Below, one piece after another: positions 50,825 to 59,000 of a DNA stretch of 62,000 nt. The DNA lies in NCBI RefSeq assembly GCF_000737315.1, contig NZ_JMCB01000008.1:82001-144000 (forward strand), read 5' to 3'. The notes below the pieces were generated by a model. That model made no database searches, was not told the DNA's origin, and saw nothing but the letters and a program-made list of their open reading frames with translations. The stretch comes from Hyalangium minutum (GTDB lineage: Bacteria; Myxococcota; Myxococcia; Myxococcales; Myxococcaceae). A program made the position numbers and the translations under genes. Position 1 is the first letter of the stretch; each line of letters starts with the position of its first letter.

Positions 50825-51925
50825 TTAACCCTGTCGCTTCGGGACAACCAAACCGCGTGCGAGACGGCGCAGCACACGCCGTTTCTGGCGCCTCTTATAG
50901 AGTTTGTGAGCATTCTCGCCCTCTTCATTAAGGCGAGCCGTCTCTTCATTCATGATCTGAAACTCAACCAGACAAAACACCACCCTCCCCTTGCGCGGAC
51001 GAATATCTTTCTCAGGGGGAGGCAGATACGCATCCATCCTCAATGGCATATCCACGATGAAGTTGAGCGCGCGGAATGTGCTACCAGAGAACTGATTGCT
51101 GGTGCGGTCTTCTCGGTCTTCGTAATCACGATCCAGATGCAGTTGTGTCGCGTACTGTTCGAAGTGCGGGTGCTCGGCCAGTACTGACTTGAACGGGAGC
51201 AGTGAGTTTTCTGTTTGCCCAGGAACCACGAAGTTGAAGGGGAACAGGCGCTGGGTCAAGAAATAGAGAATCGGGAGAATGTCTTCGTGACGCTTCGTGA
51301 TGATCCTGAACCGCGTGCGATCATAGACCTGCGCAGCCACCGTCTCCTTCTTCGCAATCAGCTTGGTGACCAACGAGTCACGCGTCTTGATGGAATGCGC
51401 GAACTCCAGCACAGGCAGACCTTTGGCCTGAATCTCCTGGGCCACACTGAGAACCTTCGCTGTCACCAAATCCGCCAGTTCCGCCTCGGAAACAGGCAAC
51501 TGGAAGAGAAGGTCACGTCCTTCAATGTGCTGGATCACGTGCATGACCTTCAGGACGATGCAGGCGATCCGGCGATACTTGGGCAGCCCCTTGGCTCCGG
51601 AGGCATATAGGAAAAGATCGTGAATCTCCGCTGGGTTCGCCACGGCCTCGGCAACCCGATAGTTGAACGTCTTGCGGAGGTACTCCACAGCGTCCGCCAG
51701 GACCGCGCGCGCCCAGGCATCGTCATACAGCCGCGAGACGTCCAGTTGGCAGAGCCGCAGGAAATGATCCACCTCGTCCCGCGATTGGAAGTGCATCCGC
51801 CGCCAATCGATAACGGACCCCCCGCGCAAGATGAGCCGCAGGCGCTCCAGTTCTCGAAGGCCCATCTCCTCCACGGTGCAGATCGGGAGTTCGGGCAGTT
51901 GGGGGATGAGAGACACGACCTTCAC
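50825..51925 (-). CDS. TIGR04552-like protein (RelA/SpoT-like nucleotidyltransferase motifs)
   Basis: MGLRELERLRLILRGGSVIDW, IKTRDSLVTKL, YDRTRFRII, EFQI motifs; start placed at GTG 51925 from recalled homologues. Confidence 0.75.
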   Translation of the reverse strand: MKVVSLIPQLPELPICTVEEMGLRELERLRLILRGGSVIDWRRMHFQSRDEVDHFLRLCQLDVSRLYDDAWARAVLADAVEYLRKTFNYRVAEAVANPAEIHDLFLYASGAKGLPKYRRIACIVLKVMHVIQHIEGRDLLFQLPVSEAELADLVTAKVLSVAQEIQAKGLPVLEFAHSIKTRDSLVTKLIAKKETVAAQVYDRTRFRIITKRHEDILPILYFLTQRLFPFNFVVPGQTENSLLPFKSVLAEHPHFEQYATQLHLDRDYEDREDRTSNQFSGSTFRALNFIVDMPLRMDAYLPPPEKDIRPRKGRVVFCLVEFQIMNEETARLNEEGENAHKLYKRRQKRRVLRRLARGLVVPKRQG

Positions 51926-52077
51926 AGCGGCGCTTCTAGCCGAGCCCGTAGGCCGGGGCAATGCAGCGGCGAAACAAAAGGCCCTCCTCCGCTTGGAAGA
52001 GGGCCTCGGTGCTGGTGCAAGGAGGAGGGCAACTTTTTCTCTGCCCGCTTGTCGTCGCGGGACCTTGCTCGCTCCGT

Positions 52078-52563
52078 TTACTTGGCCGCAACCTCACGGT
52101 TGTTGCGGTACTCCACCTGCTTCACAACCCGGCCATCCTCGGAGAACTCCTTGGCGGTCCCCTCACGCAGGCCCTCCGAGTACAGGTCCACCTTGCGGAC
52201 CTTGCCGCTGGGGTAGAACTCCACGACTTCACCGTGGAAGTTGCTGCCCTTGAACATGGCAGTCCCGGTCTTGTTGCCCTTCTCATCAAAGGAGGTCCAG
52301 AGGCCAGTGCGGAAGCCGTTCTCAGACTGCCCCTCCGCCTGCTTGGCGCCGTTCGGGTAGAAGTACACAGTGGGACCGTGAGGCTTGAACCCCTGCTCAC
52401 TCTTCTTCACGCACGCAGTGATGTCGTGCGTCGCGTCCGAACCGCCTTTCTGAACCGTCCCCGCCGGGCAGTTGAGCTTGATGGGCGACGACGCAAACGC
52501 CGCAGGGGCTACCGTCATCACAACCATCATCCCGAGAGCCTTGGTCCACTTCTTGGTCAACAT
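52078..52563 (-). CDS. Secreted MORN-variant repeat protein (YwqK-like)
   Basis: Signal peptide; HGPTVYFYPNG, G.RTGLWT.FDEKG, HGEVVEFYPSG and REG...EFSEDG repeats. Confidence 0.8.
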   Translation of the reverse strand: MLTKKWTKALGMMVVMTVAPAAFASSPIKLNCPAGTVQKGGSDATHDITACVKKSEQGFKPHGPTVYFYPNGAKQAEGQSENGFRTGLWTSFDEKGNKTGTAMFKGSNFHGEVVEFYPSGKVRKVDLYSEGLREGTAKEFSEDGRVVKQVEYRNNREVAAK

Positions 52564-52688
52564 GAGGTCTTCCTTTCATCCGCAGTTCGACGGCCTCACC
52601 GTCGCTGCCTAGATCAACGGGATCAATTCGGCATTATTCACGAAACTGTTCCCGCAGTTAGCTCACCTTAGAGCACTTTGAACGACAA

Positions 52689-52755
52689 GACCCCACTCCC
52701 GGCAAATCCGAAAGTGGGGTCATCGATGTCACCAGCAGCGTTACACAAGCTGCTG
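52689..52755. terminator. Two tandem hairpins downstream of the Cys-rich lipoprotein gene
   Basis: GACCCCACT/AGTGGGGTC (52689-52721) and CAGCAGC/GCTGCTG (52733-52755). Confidence 0.45.
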
Positions 52756-52766
52756 CTTATCCATGA

Positions 52767-53663
52767 CTACTGATTGAAGCTCGCGCACACGGGATTGCCA
52801 CCCGTGAAGTAGTAGCCAACCTGGATGCTCGACAGGTTCGCGCACAGGTAGGTCTGGAACTCGGCGTCCTTCAGGTTGGTCGTGCTGCGGTTGTAACCCG
52901 TGTTGGGCAGCAGGAGGCCCGAGTTGACCACGTCGAGCTTGGTCGTATCCGTCTTCACGTAGAAGAAGCCAGACAGACCATTGCGGGTGTCAGGCCAGTT
53001 CGCATCGGTCCGGTAGGCCCGGATGCTGAACACGTAAGCACCGCCGCTCGTGCAGAAGCTCGAGTTCGTCTCGTAGCGGAGCTTGGTGATCGAGTAGATC
53101 ACCGGGCCGTTGCTGGTGGTCGCGCTCCAGTCCGGACGGTTGCCGGACGGGAAGTTCTCGCAGGTCGTCGGAGCAACCGGAGCCGCCGTGCACGTGGAGC
53201 TGGAGCAGAACTGACCGTAAGAGCAGGTCGACTGCGCGGTGCCCGAGCAGGTCGTACCCGGGTTGGAGCCGGCCTTGCACTGGCCCGTCGCCGTGTCGCA
53301 GGTGCGGCCCGTGCCGCAAGCCGAGTCCGAGGTGCACTTCGGCGTGCAGACCTTGTCCAGGTTCGAGCACACCAGGTCCGTCGTTCCCTCAGAGTTGCAC
53401 AGCACGTCCGTGGAGCACTGGCACACCTGACGGTTGTCCGAGGTGCTGATCGCCGCGCACGTCTTCGCGCTCGAGGGACAGTCCGATCCCGCCGTACAGG
53501 TCTTCACACAGACCTTCGAGGACGGGTGGCAGATCTCGCCGTCGAGGCAGTCTCCATCCGCCGTGCACGTCAGGCTGGTCTCCTCATCCGCCGGGCAACC
53601 AGTCATCACCACGCTCAGCGCGCTCAGCGCGGTGAGCATCATCAACGTTTTACGAAGCTGCAT
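52767..53663 (-). CDS. Cysteine-rich lipoprotein
   Basis: Lipobox MTGC; tandem C..D.DC..G..C modules followed by a beta-rich C-terminal domain. Confidence 0.82.
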   Translation of the reverse strand: MQLRKTLMMLTALSALSVVMTGCPADEETSLTCTADGDCLDGEICHPSSKVCVKTCTAGSDCPSSAKTCAAISTSDNRQVCQCSTDVLCNSEGTTDLVCSNLDKVCTPKCTSDSACGTGRTCDTATGQCKAGSNPGTTCSGTAQSTCSYGQFCSSSTCTAAPVAPTTCENFPSGNRPDWSATTSNGPVIYSITKLRYETNSSFCTSGGAYVFSIRAYRTDANWPDTRNGLSGFFYVKTDTTKLDVVNSGLLLPNTGYNRSTTNLKDAEFQTYLCANLSSIQVGYYFTGGNPVCASFNQ

Positions 53664-53885
53664 GCTGGACTTCCTCCTGTGGGTGCCTCGCATGGGGCTT
53701 CCGGCCTCACAAGCCCCCATCCCATTCTTGCGAGCGGCGGTCGCTTTAGCCCCGCCTGTCTGGATGTGTCAACGAATGTTGACGCCCCCTCGACGCACTC
53801 CCCACTGGGAAATTCAGCGCGAACGAAAGCGGACAGCAGCACGGCCTTTTGTTACCGCCGCGCCACTGTCCGCTCGCAATCACTT

Positions 53886-55928
53886 CTAGAAAATGAACGG
53901 GAAATCGATGGGATCGCCCTGCTTCTTGTGCTTCGGAAAGTTCCAACCCTTGATGAGCCCGGAGATGCAGGTCGCCATATAGGTCTTCTTGAACTCCTCC
54001 GACTTCACCGAGACGCCCGTCGTCTTGCCGTTCGTCTGGATGACCCACCTCATCACCAGACGGCCCGTCAGGCCCGGATCCTTCTTCTTCTGCTCGTTCA
54101 CGCACTTCACGATGGCCGGCTTGTTCGCCACCACCACCGACATGATGTCCGATTGACCGAGCCGCTCGGGCACGTCGCCGCCCGGCGCGGGCGGAATGTA
54201 CGTGGACGGCGTCTTCTCGCCGCTGGCCGTCTTCCCCGCCGCAGGCTTCTTCGTCCCGAACAGATCATCGAAGTCATCGCCCAGGCCATCGTCCGACTGC
54301 TTCGACGGCTTCGACACGGCTTCGGACTTGGACGAACTCGAAGAACTCGAAGAGCTCGGACGCGAGGACTCGCCCGAAGACGGTTTCCGCTCCCCCGTCT
54401 TCGAGGAAGGCGTCACCTTCGCCACGGCCTCGGCCGCCGCAGGAGTCGCCGCCGGTGTCGTGGGAGGAGGCGTCGGCGTCGCCGCAGGAGTGGCCGCAGG
54501 CGTGGCCGGAGCCGTCCCCGCCGCAGGAGCCGCAGGTGGCGTGGCCGCAGCAACGGCTGGCGCAGGCGTCGGTGTCGGCGGGTTGGCCGCAGGGGCGCTC
54601 GGAGGCGGCTCCACCTTGGCCACCGGCGGAGTGGCCGGCTCGGGCTCCTTGGGCTGGGGAGCCGGCGTCACGGCTGCCACAGGCTCGGAAGGCGGAGGCG
54701 GCGGGCTTCGGAAAGCGAAGAAACCGCCCACCACCAAGAGCAACACCACCACGCCTCCAATGGCCGCGAACATCACGGTCTTGTTCCCACCCCCCTGAGC
54801 CGCAGGCGCCGCCGGAGGCGGATATCCCGGGTACGCGGGCTGCGGATACCCCGCCCCCGCATAGGCCGGCTGCCCGTACGCAGGCGCAGGCTGCGCGTAC
54901 GCAGGCGCAGGTGCCGGAGCAGGCGCGTACGGCATGGGCGCAGGCTGTGATGCACGCATCGGCTCGGCCGCCGCCGCCATCATCGGCGCCGCACGCGCCG
55001 CAGGTGCCATCGCGGGCTCGGGAGGCGGCAGATCCAGCAGACCCGGCGCCGAGGGCTTCTCCTCCACCGCAGGCTTCGGAGGAGGCTTGGACAGCGCGTC
55101 GTTCTCCTCCTTCACCAGCGAGGCCAGCACGCTCGCCGCCGAGGGCTTCCAGCCCGACGACGTCGGCTCCTGGCCCAGCGCCGGAGCCGCCGGAATCTCC
55201 GGACGGTTGTTCTTCGACGCAGCCCCCGCGCTGAAAGCGGACTCCACCGGCGCAGACGGAGCGGACGATGCCGCAGCCACCGATGCAGGCGCGACGATCA
55301 CCGGCTTCGCCGGACGCGGCGCGAGCACCGAGGCCAGCTCCTTCGCCTCGGAGAGTGGGATCCAGTCACTGAAGCCCGCGCGCCAGCACAGGCTGTCCGG
55401 ACCCACCTCGCCGCGATCCCAGTGCTCCTTGATCTTGTCGACGGTGAGCGGCCCCACCTGCTTCTCGTCGATGGCGACGAACCAGTCGTTCGCGGATGCC
55501 GTGGCCTTGGGATCGTCCGGCAGTTCCTCGGCCTCGGCCAGCTTGCGCATGGCCTCCGCCGAGGCCGCCTTCGCCTCCTTGGCCTTGTCATCACCCGAGC
55601 CGATCTTTTGCGAGCCCGAGTTGAGGACCTGATCGAATACCGCGCCGATCTCGTCCTCCTCGACATCCGTGAAGAGGCCACCCTCGGGCGGCGTTCCCAA
55701 CGAGGCCGGCAACGCCGCAGCGTTGGCGTTCGCGGCCCCATTGGCCGTCGTGGTGGCCGTCACAGCCGAAGCCTCGGACGAGCCATCATCCTTCGGCGCC
55801 GCGGCGCCGGCAGGACGCACCACAATGGTGTGGCCGCACTTCTTGCAACGAATCTTGACGCCCTTGGCGCCAATCTTGTCGTCGCTAATCATGTACTGCG
55901 CGCGGCAGCTGTCGCAGACGAAGCGCAT
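53886..55928 (-). CDS. gltJ: Adventurous gliding protein GltJ/AgmX (Zn ribbon-GYF-TM-Pro-rich-TonB_C)
   Basis: MRFVCDSCRAQY..CKKC zinc ribbon; WFVAIDEKQVGP..LCWRAGFSDW GYF domain; TM; TonB-C-like end; lies downstream of a giant TPR gene. Confidence 0.88.
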   Translation of the reverse strand: MRFVCDSCRAQYMISDDKIGAKGVKIRCKKCGHTIVVRPAGAAAPKDDGSSEASAVTATTTANGAANANAAALPASLGTPPEGGLFTDVEEDEIGAVFDQVLNSGSQKIGSGDDKAKEAKAASAEAMRKLAEAEELPDDPKATASANDWFVAIDEKQVGPLTVDKIKEHWDRGEVGPDSLCWRAGFSDWIPLSEAKELASVLAPRPAKPVIVAPASVAAASSAPSAPVESAFSAGAASKNNRPEIPAAPALGQEPTSSGWKPSAASVLASLVKEENDALSKPPPKPAVEEKPSAPGLLDLPPPEPAMAPAARAAPMMAAAAEPMRASQPAPMPYAPAPAPAPAYAQPAPAYGQPAYAGAGYPQPAYPGYPPPAAPAAQGGGNKTVMFAAIGGVVVLLLVVGGFFAFRSPPPPPSEPVAAVTPAPQPKEPEPATPPVAKVEPPPSAPAANPPTPTPAPAVAAATPPAAPAAGTAPATPAATPAATPTPPPTTPAATPAAAEAVAKVTPSSKTGERKPSSGESSRPSSSSSSSSSKSEAVSKPSKQSDDGLGDDFDDLFGTKKPAAGKTASGEKTPSTYIPPAPGGDVPERLGQSDIMSVVVANKPAIVKCVNEQKKKDPGLTGRLVMRWVIQTNGKTTGVSVKSEEFKKTYMATCISGLIKGWNFPKHKKQGDPIDFPFIF

Positions 55929-56068
55929 CGTTCCCCGCAAGTCACAGAAAAGACGGAAGAAATCCCGCCAAACCAAAATCGTAGAGGTGCTCACCGGGGG
56001 GGTCAAGGATGCGTCCCAAGACCGCCCGGTTGCCTTTCAACGGCTGAACCCTCCCCCCGATCTAACCG

Positions 56069-59000
56069 CTACTTCCTCACCTGCACCTCCACGTGCGTCC
56101 CTACGGCGACACGCAGATCATGCAGGTCCTCGGAGGTCGCAAACACCAGTAGATCCCGGAGCTTGGTGCGCGGCGGCACGCGGAAGGAGGATCCGGTCTC
56201 CCCAGTGACCATCCGCTTGGCCGGCTCCATCTCGCCCGAGGCGAAGAGCCCCGCGCGGGCCGCTGTGAGTTCTACGCCCTCCAACCAGGTGCGCACGTCC
56301 GTCGGAGTGGCCGTGGGCAGGTAGGCGCGAACCACCTTGGCGAGCGCCGCCCTGGCCGGCTCGCTGAGGTTCTTCTCCAGCAACTGCCGCGCCTCCGCAA
56401 AGTGCCGCGGATCCGCCGTGTGCCGGATCTGCACCACCATGGTCATGGCCGCCTGGAGCAGCGCCTCGAGCCGATCCGGCGCCAGCCGCTGGCTGAAGGC
56501 GAGCTCCGAGCGCGCCAGCGCGAGCGTGCGGCCCAGCAGGTAGTAGACCTCTTTCTGTCCCTGCTCCGCGAAGAACTTACCGCCCACGCGCACGCAGGCC
56601 GGGTGGGTCTGCAGCAGCTCCGCGTTGATCATCGGCTCGGGAGCGGGCTCGTTGGAGCGCCGGCTGAGCCGCTCGCGGGTGGCCATGAGGAACGGCGAGT
56701 AGAGCTCCACCGCCTCCATGCCCAACAGCCGCGCCACGTAGCGGTAGTGGTGGACGTGGTACTCCTGCGAGGTGCCGACGTCGATGCGGTGCTTCTTCGG
56801 GACGATCTGGTACTGCTGGAAGGGCACCGCGTACAGGTGCCCCACCTGCTCGAACAGGATCCCCATCAGCTCCGAGAGCGGCGTGCGCACCTTCGGGTGG
56901 AACAGGTGCGTCTGCCAGAGCCGATCCGTCAGCGCGCGCTGCGCCACTTCCTTGCGCTTGGCGTAGGGCCCCAGCTTCGTGAGGATCTCCTTCTCGTCAT
57001 CCCCCGGATCACCGATGAGGCCCCCCACCGCCTGCGCGGCCAGCCACGCCCCGTCGTAGTCCTTGCGCACCGCCAGCAGGCGCACGAGGTGGCCGCACAC
57101 CTTGCGCGGATCCTCCGTGTTCGGCAGCGCCCGGCGGAGCGCCGCGATGGCCTCCTCCTCCTTGCCCTGCACCTGGCCCGCCACCTCGGCGAAGGTCTCC
57201 TGCACCTTCGCATCCTCCGGCAGGCCCTTGGCCACCACGCCGTAGGCCGCCACCGCGCCCTCGGTGTTCTTCAGCACCTGGAGGTACAGATCGCCCAGCG
57301 CACGCCACAGTGCCATGCGCGCCACGTGGGTGTCCGGCGTCTTCGGGATGCGAGAGAGCATCCGCGCGTAGTTGTCCTCCAGCGCCTTCCACTGGCTGGC
57401 CTGCCCCAGCATCGCCTCGAGCGCGCTGAAGGCCTCCACGAAGCGGTGATCCAGGTCCAGGGCGCGGTTGAACGCCTCGGCGGCGCCCTCCACGTCCTTC
57501 GCCTCGTCACGGCGGATCTCCGCCAGCGCGAACCACACCCGCTTGGCCTTGTGCGGCTCGGCGGCCAGGGCGGGCAGCGACAGCATCCGCTGCAGCACGT
57601 CCGCCGCTTTGTGCCCCTGGCGCGTCTCGCGCAGCAGCACGTACAGCTTGTCCATCACCTCGGGCGCATCCGGCTGCTCCCTGAGGGCGCCGCTGAACGC
57701 GTCGATGGCCATGTACGGGTCCTTCAGCATCTCCCGCGCGATCTCGCCCAGTTCCAGCAAGACCTTTGCCTTGGCCTCGCCGTCCAGCACGTTGACGAGT
57801 TGCTGGCGCAGTTCGGCGGACTTCTCGTACTGGCGCGCCTTGTCCATCAGCGCCACCAGGGCCCGCAGGGACGGCTCGTGCCCCGGGTCGATGGCCAGCG
57901 CTTTCTCGAAGTGGTTCTGCGCGCGGTCCGCGTGGCCCAGCGCGGCCAGCACGTCACCGAGCTGCCAGTAGACTTCCACCACTTCCAGGTCCGTGAGGCT
58001 CTCGCGGTGGTGGATGAGGATGGCCTGGAACACCTTCAGCGCGTCGTCGTAGCGCTTGGACTGCACCAGCAGGTTGCCGAAGCTCTCCAGGTTGGCCAGG
58101 TACCGTGAGTCCAGACCGTAGGACTTCTCGTACGCATCGAGCGCCTTCTCGCGCTTGCCCAGCTTCTCCGACACGTAGCCGAGCCGGTACAGCTGCCGCG
58201 ACAGATCCACCGTCACGGCGCCGTCCTTCTCCGCGATGGCCTTCTCCGCCATCTTCCGGACGACGATGTCCAGCATCTTCTCGCCGAGCATCCAGTCCTC
58301 GCGAGCGATGTAGACGTCCGCCAGTGGGCGCGCCGCCTCGAGGCTGTCCGGGACGTGCTTGAGTACCTCCTCGAAGTAGTGAGTGGCTGTCTGCTGATCC
58401 TGCCGCGTCTCCGCGTGGTACTTCGCCACGTCCAGCAGCGCGCGGGCCTTGGCCTGCGGATCATCGGAGCTCTGGGCCTCCTGGAGCAGCGTCTGCTCGT
58501 AGCCGCCCCAGTCCTGATCCTGCTCCTGAATGCCCTTGAGGGCGCGGATGCTGGGCAGGTACCCCGGGTCGATCGCGAGCGCCTGCTGGTAGCTGGACTT
58601 CGCGCTCCCCGTGTCCATCAACATGTCTTCGTTGATCTTGCCCATGCGGTGGTACAGCTCCACCGCCTCCGGCGACTGACCGAGCACCTGCGCCTCGAGC
58701 CGCAGCATCTCCAGCGCGTCCGGCCAGTTGCCGCTGCGCTCGTACAGCTTGCCCAGGGCGTTCAGCGCCGGCCGGCACGAGGGCTCCACCTGCAGCGCGT
58801 ACTGGTAGCTGGCCACCGCGCGGTCCACCGCCTTGAGCTGCTGGTGATAGACGGTGCCCATCTCCACGTAGAGCTCGGCCTGCTCCTTCGGCTCGGTCGT
58901 CAGCGACAGCTGACGCTCGTAGGCGACGATGAGATCCTCCCAGCGCTCCTGCATGCGCCGCAGCCGGATCAGCGTCTTGATGGCCTGCATGTTCGTCTGG

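Noticed and set aside
54300-55330. Repetitive GCAGGC/GCCGCC tracts
   Set aside because: They encode the Pro/Ala-rich linkers of GltJ; not a DNA repeat array or CRISPR.
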